DNA from: Clostridiales bacterium | GTDB lineage: Bacteria > Bacillota > Clostridia > Lachnospirales > Lachnospiraceae | Assembly: GCA_012735495.1 (NCBI GenBank) | Contig: JAAYHD010000007.1 | Coordinates: forward strand, 6,247 to 70,246 | Direction: 5' to 3' | DNA length: 64,000 nucleotides | In this document: positions 26,978 to 36,990 of the stretch, one piece after another | Layout of the letters: the number at the start of each line of letters is the position of its first letter | How positions within the stretch are numbered: position 1 is the first letter of the stretch | The notes under the pieces: generated by a model | What the model saw: only the letters and a program-made list of their open reading frames with translations | Told to the model about the DNA's origin: nothing | Databases searched by the model: none | Position numbers and translations under genes: made by a program

Positions 26978-27742
26978 ATGGAAAAAGATAAAAATTCCTT
27001 CAGTCTGTCTGAGCCGGATGATACGGTACCGGATAAGGGAGTTAGAATAAACAAATTCTTAAGTGACGCGGGGGTTTGCTCAAGAAGGGAAGCCGACAGG
27101 TACATTCTGGAGGGCAAGGTGGAGATTGACGGCATCAAGGCCCAACCGGGCTCCAGGGTGATGCCCGGAAGCAAAGTCACATTTCTTGGCAAGCCTGTTA
27201 AAGGCACCGAGGAAAGGGTTTTGATTGCGTTTAACAAGCCCGTTGGGATTGTGTGTACCACGTCAAAGAAGGAACCGAATAACATAATTGATTATATTAA
27301 TTACCCGACAAGGATTTATCCTGTCGGCAGGCTGGACAAGGATTCGGAAGGGTTGATCCTGCTTACGAACGACGGCAGCCTGGTTAACAGCATATTAAGG
27401 GCAAGATACGGGCACGAAAAGGAATATATAGTCACCGTCAACAGGGAGATAACCAAAGAGTTTGTAAAGCAAATGTCGGAGGGAGTGCCGCTTGAGGAAA
27501 CGGTGACAAGACCCTGCAAGGTCACGGTGATAAATAAAAACACCTTCAGGATCATTCTGACCCAGGGTTTGAACAGGCAAATCAGGCGCATGTGCGAACA
27601 GCTTGGATATAAAGTTACCAAACTGGTTAGAGTACGTATTATGAATATACACCTTGGCAAGCTTAAGACAGGAACCTGGCGGCATATCACAAAAAAGGAA
27701 ATGGACGAGCTTGCCAGGCTGCTTGCCGGAAAAAAATATTGA
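26978..27742 (+). CDS. rluF: rRNA pseudouridine synthase, RsuA/RluF family (S4 domain plus catalytic domain)
   Basis: The S4 domain is RINKFLSDAGVCSRREADRYILEGKVEIDG. The catalytic motif is GRLDKDSEGLILLTNDG. The internal ATG at 26978 avoids an implausible hydrophobic leader. Confidence 0.8.
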   Translation: MEKDKNSFSLSEPDDTVPDKGVRINKFLSDAGVCSRREADRYILEGKVEIDGIKAQPGSRVMPGSKVTFLGKPVKGTEERVLIAFNKPVGIVCTTSKKEPNNIIDYINYPTRIYPVGRLDKDSEGLILLTNDGSLVNSILRARYGHEKEYIVTVNREITKEFVKQMSEGVPLEETVTRPCKVTVINKNTFRIILTQGLNRQIRRMCEQLGYKVTKLVRVRIMNIHLGKLKTGTWRHITKKEMDELARLLAGKKY

Positions 27743-27764
27743 CATGAAGGGGCGGGTGAAGCAC

Positions 27765-29783
27765 ATGGATGAAACTGATGTAAAAAAAGAGATAGAAGAG
27801 CTGCGCAGGCAGATAAGATACCATAATGACAGGTATTATAACCAGGATGACCCTGAGATTTCCGATTACGAGTATGATATGCTTTACCATAGGCTGAAAA
27901 AGCTTGAGGAGGAGCATCCCGAGCTTGTTACCCCGGACTCGCCAACCCAGAAGGTGGGAGGTACTGCAAAAAGGGAAGCGGGAGTACTGGTAAAGCATAA
28001 CGTTCCCATGCTCAGCCTGCAGGATGTTTTCTCCAAGGAAGAGGTCTATGCCTTTGTGAACAGGATTCTTAAGGAAAAGGAAGACTCCTTATTCGTGGTT
28101 GAGAAAAAGATAGACGGGCTGTCCGTTTCCTTAAGATACCGGGACGGGGACCTGGTAATGGGCATTACCAGGGGAGACGGTGTAAATTACGGTGAAGATG
28201 TCACCGAGAACATTCGGATGCTTGATGATGTGGTTACCCGCCTGAAAACACCTATACCTTACCTTGAGGTAAGGGGAGAAGTATATATGAAGGTTGAGGA
28301 TTTTAATGCCGTGAATGAAAGGCTTGAGGCGGAGGGCAGGAAGATATTTGCCAACCCGAGAAACTGCGCGGCGGGAACGCTTCGGCAGCTTGACCCGAAG
28401 ATAGTCAAGGAAAGAAAGCTCTCCCTATTCATATTCAATGTGCAGGATGTCAGGGGAATAACATTCACCAAGCATTCCGAAAGCCTGGAGTGGCTGAAAG
28501 AGCAGGGCATGAAGGTAATCGAGGGCTACAGGATATGCAGGACCGCAGATGAGGTATGGGAGGCCATAACCGAAATAGGAGAATCAAGGGGAAGCCTTGC
28601 CTATGATATAGACGGAGCTGTGGTTAAGGTGGAGAACCTGGCGGACAGGGAATATTTCGGCGCGACATCAAAGGTACCCAGGTGGGCTGTGGCATACAAA
28701 TATCCTCCGGAGGAAAAGGAAACAGTTCTTAGGGAAATCCGTCTTACAGTGGGTAGGACCGGAAGGATAACCCCGACTGCCATATTCGATCCCATCAGGT
28801 TGTGCGGCACCACCGTGGAAAGGGCCACACTCCATAACCAGGACAGGATAGATGAATTGGATATCCGGATCGGGGATACCATAGTTGTAAGAAAAGCCGG
28901 GGAGATAATTCCGGAAGTGGTATCGGTGGTCAGGGAGAAAAGGCCTGCGGACGCGGAACCGTACAAGATTCCGCTGGTTTGCCCGTCCTGCAATGCTCCG
29001 GCTGTAAAGGATGAGAATACTGCGGACATCAGATGCATAAATCTTAAATGCCCGGCACAGCTTATACAGCATATTCTGAACTTCGTTGGAAGAAATGCCA
29101 TGGATATCAAGGGCTTCGGGGAAGCATACATTGAGGCCCTTGTCAGGGAAGGATATGTGAAAGACATTGCCGACATATATTATCTGGGCAGATATCGAGA
29201 TGAGCTTATTGAAAAGGGCTTGATCGGCAAAGAGAAGAATACCGACAAGCTGCTTAAGGCCATAGAAGAAAGCAAGAAGAACAATATAGACCGCCTGATT
29301 ACGGGATTTGGAATCCGCAACATAGGCAAACAGGCAGCAGTGGAGTTAATGGACCATTTCAAGTCGATACACAGGCTCAGGGAAGCTACTTATGAGGAAT
29401 TGCTTGAAGTTAAGGACATGGGTGACATAAGCGCCAGGGCGGTTGTGGAGTTCTTTAAGAATCCCGACAACCTGAACATCCTGTCAAGGTTGGAGCAGGC
29501 GGGAGTGAATTTTGAGAAGATCGAAGAGCAGATCGAGGGAGAAGCCGTATTATCCGGAAAGACATTTGTAATCACGGGAACACTGCCGTCCATGAGCAGG
29601 CCGCAGATGGAGGAGCTTATCAAGAAGCATGGAGGCAAGGTATCGGGCAGTGTCTCCAAGAATACGGATTACCTTATTGTCGGGGAGAATGCCGGAAGCA
29701 AGCTGGCCAAGGCTCAGCAGCTTGGTATACGGATGCTGTCCGAGGAAGAACTTCTTAAAATGCTGGAGGGCAAGGAAGAATAA
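27765..29783 (+). CDS. ligA: NAD-dependent DNA ligase
   Basis: The N-terminus is ...YHNDRYYNQDDPEISDYEYD... The adenylation motif is EKKIDGLS. The Zn finger is CPSCNAP...CINLKCPAQ. HhH and BRCT regions follow (GKTFVITGTL). The start could also be the ATG at 27744. Confidence 0.95.
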   Translation: MDETDVKKEIEELRRQIRYHNDRYYNQDDPEISDYEYDMLYHRLKKLEEEHPELVTPDSPTQKVGGTAKREAGVLVKHNVPMLSLQDVFSKEEVYAFVNRILKEKEDSLFVVEKKIDGLSVSLRYRDGDLVMGITRGDGVNYGEDVTENIRMLDDVVTRLKTPIPYLEVRGEVYMKVEDFNAVNERLEAEGRKIFANPRNCAAGTLRQLDPKIVKERKLSLFIFNVQDVRGITFTKHSESLEWLKEQGMKVIEGYRICRTADEVWEAITEIGESRGSLAYDIDGAVVKVENLADREYFGATSKVPRWAVAYKYPPEEKETVLREIRLTVGRTGRITPTAIFDPIRLCGTTVERATLHNQDRIDELDIRIGDTIVVRKAGEIIPEVVSVVREKRPADAEPYKIPLVCPSCNAPAVKDENTADIRCINLKCPAQLIQHILNFVGRNAMDIKGFGEAYIEALVREGYVKDIADIYYLGRYRDELIEKGLIGKEKNTDKLLKAIEESKKNNIDRLITGFGIRNIGKQAAVELMDHFKSIHRLREATYEELLEVKDMGDISARAVVEFFKNPDNLNILSRLEQAGVNFEKIEEQIEGEAVLSGKTFVITGTLPSMSRPQMEELIKKHGGKVSGSVSKNTDYLIVGENAGSKLAKAQQLGIRMLSEEELLKMLEGKEE

Positions 29784-29817
29784 GCGAAACATGTTAGGAG
29801 AGTAAGGAAGGGGATAG

Positions 29818-30474
29818 ATGATTACGTTCAGGGAAGTTAAGGAAAACGGGACGATAAAATCATATATCATGCATGCCGACAGGACGCTGGCTGAGCTGGG
29901 ATATACCGAGCACAGCCTGGCGCATGTAACAAGGGTGGCTGAAGTGGCAAAGTATATTCTTGCAACCCTTGGGTATTCGGAAAGGGAAACGGAGCTAGCA
30001 CAGATTGCCGGCTACATGCATGATATAGGCAATATTGTCAACCGCGAAGGGCACGAGCAGAGCGGAGCGATTATGGCCTTCTGGCTGCTGAATCAGCTGG
30101 GAGCGTCGCCTGATGAAATAGCCACGATTATTTCCGCCATAGGCAACCATGACGAGAAAACCGCTGTTCCGGTCAGCGCGGTTGCGGCAGCCCTGATACT
30201 GGCGGACAAAACAGATGTCCGGCGAAGCCGCGTGCGTAATCCGGAGCTTCCTGCATTCGATATTCATGACAGGGTAAATTATGCTGTTGAAGATTCGAAA
30301 GTAAGCATAATAAATAATAAAATCTTCAGGCTTGAGCTTGCGATAGACACTACAATCAGTCCGGTAATGGATTATTTCGAAATTTTCCTTGATCGAATGC
30401 TGCTCTGCAAAAGAGCAGCAGGAAAGCTTGGTCTGGAATTCGAATTAATAATCAACAATCAAAAGATTCTATAA
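29818..30474 (+). CDS. HD-domain phosphohydrolase of unknown specificity
   Basis: The metal-binding pattern is H...HDIGN...H...D (HSLAHV, YMHDIGN, GNHDEK, LADKTD). Confidence 0.75.
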   Translation: MITFREVKENGTIKSYIMHADRTLAELGYTEHSLAHVTRVAEVAKYILATLGYSERETELAQIAGYMHDIGNIVNREGHEQSGAIMAFWLLNQLGASPDEIATIISAIGNHDEKTAVPVSAVAAALILADKTDVRRSRVRNPELPAFDIHDRVNYAVEDSKVSIINNKIFRLELAIDTTISPVMDYFEIFLDRMLLCKRAAGKLGLEFELIINNQKIL

Positions 30475-30492
30475 TAAGGATGGTGATACCCG

Positions 30493-31401
30493 ATGCCGAT
30501 AAAGGTTAAAAATGATTTGCCTGCAAAAAAGATACTGGAAGATGAAAATATTTTCATTATGGACGAACACAGGGCCATACACCAGGATATCCGTCCGTTA
30601 ATGATAGCTATATTAAACCTGATGCCCAACAAGGAAGAAACAGAGGTGCAGCTTCTTCGAAGCCTTTCAAACACGCCCCTGCAGGTGGACATAACATTGC
30701 TGACAACCAGCACCTATGTCGGAAAGAATACTCCAATAAGCCACCTGGACCAGTTTTACCTTACGTACAATGACGTCTGCAAGCGGAAATTTGACGGGCT
30801 GATTATTACCGGAGCACCGGTTGAGCAGATGGAATTCGAAGAGGTGGCATACTGGGAAGAGCTTAAGAGCATCATGGAATGGTCAAAGACCCATGTAACA
30901 TCCACTTTGCATCTTTGCTGGGGCGCCCAGGCGGGACTGTATTATCATTACGGAATCCCCAAGAGAAAGCTTGAGAAGAAGATGTTCGGCATATTCGAGC
31001 ATAGGGTCATGAACCGCAGGATTCCGTTTGTCCGCGGATTTGACGATATTTTCTACGCTCCCCATTCCAGGTATACCACCGTGCTGAAGGAGGATATCCT
31101 AAAGCATGATGACCTGATGATTCTTGCGGAATCCGACGAGGCTGGCGTATTTATAGTAATGGCCCAGGACGGCAAGCAGTTTTACATCATGGGTCATCCC
31201 GAATATGACAGGATATCCCTGGACAAGGAATATAAAAGGGATATTGGCAAGGGCATACCGATTGACCTTCCAGTAAACTACTACCCGAACGATTGTGCCG
31301 ACAAGCGCCCGCACCTGACCTGGAGAGCCCATGCAAATGCGCTCTATACCAACTGGCTGAACTATTACGTATACCAGGTGACTCCTTACGAACTGGAGTA
31401 A
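30493..31401 (+). CDS. metA: homoserine O-acyltransferase (MetA family)
   Basis: [36 protein letters not shown]..., LIITGAP, and HLCWGAQ with the active-site Cys. Confidence 0.9.
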   Translation: MPIKVKNDLPAKKILEDENIFIMDEHRAIHQDIRPLMIAILNLMPNKEETEVQLLRSLSNTPLQVDITLLTTSTYVGKNTPISHLDQFYLTYNDVCKRKFDGLIITGAPVEQMEFEEVAYWEELKSIMEWSKTHVTSTLHLCWGAQAGLYYHYGIPKRKLEKKMFGIFEHRVMNRRIPFVRGFDDIFYAPHSRYTTVLKEDILKHDDLMILAESDEAGVFIVMAQDGKQFYIMGHPEYDRISLDKEYKRDIGKGIPIDLPVNYYPNDCADKRPHLTWRAHANALYTNWLNYYVYQVTPYELE

Positions 31402-31411
31402 AAGCGCGCGG

Positions 31412-32992
31412 CTATTGCTTGAAATCCGATTTTGATATCGTATCGGTAATTATAAATAAAACCATGCAAACAACGCAGAACAGCAGGCAGAAGGACAAAA
31501 GGAAAACTGCCTGATGTATCTGCGTTATTTTTCGCAGGTAGTCATATATCCTTTCGAGCAGGAAGCCCGACATGGCAACGATTATTCCGGGCTTTAAAAG
31601 GCTGTTTACTGCGTCAAAATAAAAGCGGACATTTTTTATTATATATGCCGAATCCATTACCGTAATTATCAGCTGCCCGACAAGAAGGGAAATAAAATAC
31701 CCGCTGATACCCTTGTAAGGTATTACAAGGATGATTATCAGTATTTTTGCAACAGCCCCTATGATGGAGTTGATAAATGTTATATTTGCATTCCCGAGCC
31801 CGTTTATTATGCTGCCAAGGGTGATCGGAAGATAGATCAACGGACAGAGCCACGAAAGGATAACAAGGTAATTGCCCGCCTCATTGCTGTTGAATATGGT
31901 GATTCCGAGATACCTGCCGAACAGCAGGAAAACGCCCGTACTGAAGATACCGATAATCAGGCTGTATTTTATGGATGCGGAAGAAGTCTTTCTTATCAAA
32001 GTATCATTATCCATAGCCTGTGCTTCCGATACCGTAGGAAGCAGAAGGACCGCCAATGAATTAATCAAGGCGGTAGGAAACATAATAAATGGTATGGACA
32101 TGCCAATCAGCGTTCCGTACGTGCTGAGGGCTTCGGCATTTCCCAGGCCGTATCTCCGCAGCATGGCAGGTATCAGTATTGCTTCAATGCTGTGTAAAAT
32201 ATTTATTAGGAGCCGGTTAACCGACAGGGGAATACTGAAATGCAGTATTCTGCTTACGATCTCTTTTCTTTCAAGCATGCCTGCATTCTGAGCCGGTTCG
32301 GGATATATCATGGTTTTTGGGGATTTGGTTATGAACAAAGACAGGAAATTGTAAATACTTGACGCTATCTCGCCAATGACTAGCCCCAGCACCGCCATTT
32401 CACATACGACCTTATGGTCGCCCTTTCCAACCATATAAGCCAAAATATAAACGGAGACAACGCGGATTATCTGTTCCAGCAGCTGCGTTGAGGCAGGTAT
32501 GCCGGCCTTTTTAAGCCCGTAATAATAACCGTTGATGCACGAGGTGATGCCGCAAAACGGAAAGACGACAGCCATGATTCTCAATGACGAAGCGCTCCTG
32601 GGCTCCAGCAGGAAGCGGAGGGCAACGGTATCCGAAAACCGGTACAATAGAATTGCCAGCACCGATGCCGCACAGACGGACATCAGCATTCCAAGCCGAA
32701 TTATTCTACCGATGTTCCGGTGGTTTTTAAGGCCTATTTCGGCAGCAACAAGCCTTGATACGGACGTTTGAATACCCGTGGCATAGATGGTGAATGCAAT
32801 GGAATAGACGGGGAAAATGAGCTGGTATATTCCAAGCCATTCGGCACCCATAATCTTTGATAAGAATATCTTGTACAAGAACCCGATGACTCTGGTGATA
32901 AAGCCGGCAAGCGTCAGTATAAGCGTTCCTCTAAGAATGTTGCTTCTGCTGATATGCCGGCTTCCTGCTATGGCGGCCTGCCTGATTTTCAT
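31412..32992 (-). CDS. MOP-superfamily polysaccharide/lipid II flippase-like protein (SpoVB/MurJ-like)
   Basis: There are about 14 hydrophobic segments. The N-terminus ...LRGTLILTLAGFITRVIGFLYKIFLSKIMGAEWLGIYQL is typical of SpoVB-type proteins. GGAGTGA lies upstream of the ATG at 32992. Confidence 0.75.
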   Translation of the reverse strand: MKIRQAAIAGSRHISRSNILRGTLILTLAGFITRVIGFLYKIFLSKIMGAEWLGIYQLIFPVYSIAFTIYATGIQTSVSRLVAAEIGLKNHRNIGRIIRLGMLMSVCAASVLAILLYRFSDTVALRFLLEPRSASSLRIMAVVFPFCGITSCINGYYYGLKKAGIPASTQLLEQIIRVVSVYILAYMVGKGDHKVVCEMAVLGLVIGEIASSIYNFLSLFITKSPKTMIYPEPAQNAGMLERKEIVSRILHFSIPLSVNRLLINILHSIEAILIPAMLRRYGLGNAEALSTYGTLIGMSIPFIMFPTALINSLAVLLLPTVSEAQAMDNDTLIRKTSSASIKYSLIIGIFSTGVFLLFGRYLGITIFNSNEAGNYLVILSWLCPLIYLPITLGSIINGLGNANITFINSIIGAVAKILIIILVIPYKGISGYFISLLVGQLIITVMDSAYIIKNVRFYFDAVNSLLKPGIIVAMSGFLLERIYDYLRKITQIHQAVFLLSFCLLFCVVCMVLFIITDTISKSDFKQ

Positions 32993-33102
32993 ATCATTCA
33001 CTCCGGTGTCAGGTTCTTTATTTAATATATTTACCATGCTTGAAACTTATGATAAGCACCGTAATGCGGATGGCCCCGTAATGGTTAAATTAATAATTTT
33101 TA

Positions 33103-33131
33103 TTGACATTTAAGATAGGGAGTGCTATAGT
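33103..33131 (+). promoter_or_regulatory. sigma-A type promoter of the isc operon (TTGACA - 17 nt - TATAGT)
   Basis: Hexamers are at 33103-33108 and 33126-33131. Confidence 0.55.
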
Positions 33132-33132
33132 T

Positions 33133-33175
33133 AATACCGAGTAAATTAATAGGGATTAAATTAGTAGGATTTAAG
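33133..33175 (+). promoter_or_regulatory. candidate Rrf2 (IscR/CymR-type) operator: ATACCGAGT followed by two adjacent 15-nt direct repeats
   Basis: The repeats are AAATTAATAGGGATT (33143-33157) and AAATTAGTAGGATTT (33158-33172). They lie immediately downstream of the -10, where a repressor would block initiation. Confidence 0.35.
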
Positions 33176-33236
33176 CAGCCCATAAACTGATTGCTGCAGG
33201 ATGTATTTGCAGTTTGTTAGAGAATGGAGAATGGAA

Positions 33237-33707
33237 ATGAAGCTAACCACAAAGGGAAGATATGGATTAAGAGCGGTTATTGACCTGGCAGTTAATTATG
33301 AGAATGAGGCGGTAGCCTTAAGCCAGATAGCAGAAAGGCAGGGCATTTCCGTAAATTACCTCGAGCAGCTTATCGCAAAGCTGAAAAAATCGGGGATTGT
33401 CGACAGTGTCCGCGGGGCGCAGGGCGGATACGTGCTTGCCATGCCTCCGGAGGAGATATCCGTCGGCGATATCCTAAGAGCCCTGGAGGGTGATTTGAAT
33501 CCCGTCGACTGTTATGAGCTGAATAGCAATGAACCTCCATGCAGCAACGCAGACACATGTGTAACAAAATATGTGTGGAAGCGTATAAGTGATAGTATAA
33601 ATGCTGTGGTTAATGAAATCAAGCTTTCCGACCTGGTGGCTGAAAGCAGGAGGGTTCAAGCGGAAGCGGGAAGTACACAAGTAAATCAACCCAAACAAAC
33701 CTGTTAA
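33237..33707 (+). CDS. iscR: Rrf2-family transcriptional regulator (IscR/CymR type)
   Basis: The start is MKLTTKGRYGLRAVIDLA... The wHTH region follows. There are three Cys (C..C.....C) in ...VDCYELNSNEPPCSNADTCV. Confidence 0.85.
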   Translation: MKLTTKGRYGLRAVIDLAVNYENEAVALSQIAERQGISVNYLEQLIAKLKKSGIVDSVRGAQGGYVLAMPPEEISVGDILRALEGDLNPVDCYELNSNEPPCSNADTCVTKYVWKRISDSINAVVNEIKLSDLVAESRRVQAEAGSTQVNQPKQTC

Positions 33708-33754
33708 GCTTATGATGGATTAATAACATAAATTTGGATTTAGGAGATGACCAC

Positions 33755-34945
33755 ATGGAAAAGAAGATTTACCTTGATAATGCAGCTACTACAAAGACCA
33801 GGCCGGAAGTTGTAGAGGCTATGCTCCCCTACTTCGGTGAGCTATATGGTAATCCATCCAGTGTATATGAGTTTTCGGCACTCAGCAAGAAGGCACTTGA
33901 CGAGTCAAGGGCAACCATAGCAAGTGCGTTGGGCTGTGACGGCTCGGAAATATATTTTACATCAGGCGGAACGGAAGCGGACAACTGGGCGCTTATAGCA
34001 ACTGCAGAAGCATACGAGCAAAAGGGAAAGCACATAATTACGTCAAAAATCGAGCATCACGCGGTGCTTCATACTTGTGAGTACCTGGAGAAGAGAGGAT
34101 TTGAAGTGACGTACATTGATGTGGATGAGAATGGTATTGTAAAGCTGGACCAGCTTGAGAAGGCTATTCGTCCCACAACAACCTTAATCTCCATCATGTT
34201 TGCCAATAACGAGATAGGAACCATTCAGCCTATCAAGGAAATTGGAGAAATAGCCAAAAAGCATAATGTATTATTCCATACGGATGCCGTTCAGGCATTT
34301 GGGCAGTTGGAAATCAACGTAAAGGACCTGGGTATTGATATGCTTAGTGCCAGTGCCCACAAGCTTAACGGACCGAAGGGAATAGGCTTTCTGTATATAA
34401 GAAAGGGTGTCAAGATACGCTCGTTCATACATGGCGGAGCACAGGAAAGAGGAAGGCGCGCGGGAACCGAGAATGTTCCTTATGCCGTTGGATTTGCAAA
34501 GGCGGTTGAGATTGCTGTAAAAACCATGAAGGAAAGGACTGAAAAGGAATTACAGCTTAGGGACTATCTTATTAAGCGGATTCTCAGCGAGATACCTTAC
34601 ACCAGGCTTAACGGCCACAGGACAAAGAGGCTCCCCAACAATGCCAACTTCAGCTTTCAGTTTATTGAAGGCGAGTCACTGCTTATTATGTTGGATATGA
34701 AGAATATCTGTGCATCCAGCGGATCCGCCTGCACATCGGGTTCCCTGGACCCGTCCCATGTGCTGCTTGCGATAGGGCTGCCCCATGAGATAGCCCATGG
34801 GTCTCTCAGGCTTACATTAAGCCATGAGAATACATTTGAGGAATTGGACTATACGGTTGAAGTAATAAAGGAAACGGTAGAGAAGCTAAGGAAGATGTCA
34901 CCTCTTTATGAGGATTTTGTCCGCAGCTTAAATGCCAACAGATAA
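33755..34945 (+). CDS. nifS: cysteine desulfurase
   Basis: AGGAG lies 7 nt before the ATG at 33755. Motifs include IYLDNAATT, the PLP-lysine region SASAHKLNGPKG and the active-site loop SSGSACTSG. Confidence 0.9.
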   Translation: MEKKIYLDNAATTKTRPEVVEAMLPYFGELYGNPSSVYEFSALSKKALDESRATIASALGCDGSEIYFTSGGTEADNWALIATAEAYEQKGKHIITSKIEHHAVLHTCEYLEKRGFEVTYIDVDENGIVKLDQLEKAIRPTTTLISIMFANNEIGTIQPIKEIGEIAKKHNVLFHTDAVQAFGQLEINVKDLGIDMLSASAHKLNGPKGIGFLYIRKGVKIRSFIHGGAQERGRRAGTENVPYAVGFAKAVEIAVKTMKERTEKELQLRDYLIKRILSEIPYTRLNGHRTKRLPNNANFSFQFIEGESLLIMLDMKNICASSGSACTSGSLDPSHVLLAIGLPHEIAHGSLRLTLSHENTFEELDYTVEVIKETVEKLRKMSPLYEDFVRSLNANR

Positions 34946-34959
34946 ATGGAGGAATAATT

Positions 34960-35406
34960 ATGTATACTCAAAAGGTAATGGACCATTTTATGAACCCCAG
35001 GAATATGGGAGAAATCGAAAACCCCAGCTGCGTAGGCACCGTAGGAAATGCCAAGTGCGGGGATATTATGAGGATGTACATGGATATAGATGAAAACGGC
35101 ATAATCCGCGATGTAAAGTTCAAGACTTTTGGATGCGGAGCGGCTGTTGCAACCAGCAGCATGGCTACGGAGCTGGTAAAGGGCAAGACTATTGAGGAAG
35201 CTCTTAAGGTTACAAACAAGGCCGTTATGGAAGCCCTGGACGGACTGCCTCCGGTCAAGGTTCACTGTTCATTGCTTGCAGAGGAAGCAATTCATGCCGC
35301 CCTTTGGGATTATGCCGAGAAGCATGGGATTAAGATAGAGGGCCTTAAGAAACCCAAGTCCGATATTCATGAGGACGAGGAAGAAATGGACAAGGCCAAT
35401 TATTAA
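34960..35406 (+). CDS. nifU: Fe-S cluster assembly scaffold (NifU/IscU type)
   Basis: GNAKCGDIMRMY, FKTFGCGAAVATSS and VHCSLLAEEA supply the three conserved Cys. Confidence 0.9.
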   Translation: MYTQKVMDHFMNPRNMGEIENPSCVGTVGNAKCGDIMRMYMDIDENGIIRDVKFKTFGCGAAVATSSMATELVKGKTIEEALKVTNKAVMEALDGLPPVKVHCSLLAEEAIHAALWDYAEKHGIKIEGLKKPKSDIHEDEEEMDKANY

Positions 35407-35425
35407 TACTAGATTGGAGATACCG

Positions 35426-36574
35426 ATGCAGAAGGTCGTGGTCGGTATGTCGGGAGGAGTGGATTCCTCTGTTGCGGCATACCTTTTGAAAGAACAGGGC
35501 TATGATGTCATAGGCGTCACCATGCAGATATGGCAGGACGAGGATGTATGCTCCATATCTGAGAATGGCGGATGCTGTGGTTTGGGGGCGGTGGAGGACG
35601 CCAGAAGGGTGGCCTCCGTCCTTGGCATACCGCATTATGTAATGAATTTCAGGAAGGAATTCAAGGAAAGCGTCATAGATTACTTTGTATCGGAGTATGT
35701 AATGGGAAGGACCCCGAACCCCTGCATAGCATGCAACAGGTTCGTAAAATGGGAATCTCTCCTTTCAAGAGCCCTGTCCATAGGCGCTTCGTATATTGCC
35801 ACGGGGCATTATGCCGCCATAGAAAAGCTTCCGAACGGAAGATATGCTGTAAAAAAGTCGGTTACCCGGGCAAAGGACCAGACCTATGCGCTATACAACC
35901 TTTCGCAGTACCAGCTTGAGCATACGCTTATGCCTGTAGGGGCATATACCAAGGATGAGATAAGAGCCATGGCAAAAGATCTTAACCTGCCTGTGGCGGA
36001 CAAGCCCGACAGCCAGGAGATCTGCTTTGTAGCGAACAACGATTACGCGGGATTTATCAAGGAATACCTTGAGGATGAGGACAACAGAAGGATTATTGAG
36101 GAAAAGCGGGCAAAGCATATGGCCGACATGGAAGCGGCAGGCTACGGGTTTACCCCCGGAAATTTCGTGGATGCCAAGGGCAATATACTGGGAAGGCACA
36201 AGGGCCTGGCCCATTATACCATAGGCCAAAGGAAGGGCCTTAATATAGCCCTGGGCAGGCCGGTATTTGTCATGAAGCTGAATCCAGCCGCCAATGAGGT
36301 TGTGCTGGGAGAAGCACAGGATGTTTTCTCAGATCGCTTCTATGTGAAGAACCTTAACTTCATGGCCATAGAGGATCTGCAGGGTGAGATGGAAGTAACG
36401 ACAAAAATCCGGTACAGCCATGCGGGAGCGAAAAGCGTCATCAAAAGAACGGGAGAAGATGAAATCCTGTGCATCTTCGACGAACCCCAAAGGGCAATAA
36501 CCCCCGGACAGGCTGCGGTCTTTTATAATGGCGACTATGTAGTTGGCGGAGGGACGATATCGCATACCATTTAA
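35426..36574 (+). CDS. mnmA: tRNA 2-thiouridine(34) synthase
   Basis: The PP-loop is VVVGMSGGVDSSVAA. The catalytic-Cys regions are TPNPCIACN and DSQEICF. Confidence 0.9.
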   Translation: MQKVVVGMSGGVDSSVAAYLLKEQGYDVIGVTMQIWQDEDVCSISENGGCCGLGAVEDARRVASVLGIPHYVMNFRKEFKESVIDYFVSEYVMGRTPNPCIACNRFVKWESLLSRALSIGASYIATGHYAAIEKLPNGRYAVKKSVTRAKDQTYALYNLSQYQLEHTLMPVGAYTKDEIRAMAKDLNLPVADKPDSQEICFVANNDYAGFIKEYLEDEDNRRIIEEKRAKHMADMEAAGYGFTPGNFVDAKGNILGRHKGLAHYTIGQRKGLNIALGRPVFVMKLNPAANEVVLGEAQDVFSDRFYVKNLNFMAIEDLQGEMEVTTKIRYSHAGAKSVIKRTGEDEILCIFDEPQRAITPGQAAVFYNGDYVVGGGTISHTI

Positions 36575-36662
36575 TGGGGTATAATTAAGGGATTTCGTAT
36601 ATGTATGTGATGAATATTGTAATATATAGATGATTAGAATATAAATAATAAAGATGGATTGT

Positions 36663-36691
36663 AAAGACTCCTTGATGGGAGTCTTTTATTT
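36663..36691 (+). terminator. rho-independent terminator
   Basis: AAAGACTCC - loop - GGAGTCTTT forms a 9-bp stem. It runs into TTTTATTT. Confidence 0.6.
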
Positions 36692-36990
36692 ATAGAAACG
36701 ATGAAGGAGAGGACTAAAGAAAGTACAGCCAGTCGAATATCTATAATATCGCAGCCTGTATGATTTTGCAAAAAATTGAGCATTTTTAGGTTGCTTATCG
36801 TCTGAACTTCAAGATAGTCTGATGAATTCAGTATTAAAATCTTAAGTATTGTAATATTTTTCCCATGACTTTTATAGCAAATTATAGTAAAATTAATGTA
36901 ATGCTATTGTAGCACTTAAACCATAAAACTAATTTCCAATTACATCGCTTCAATAGCAGCATCACTAATAAGAAAAGAAAGGAAAAAAAG

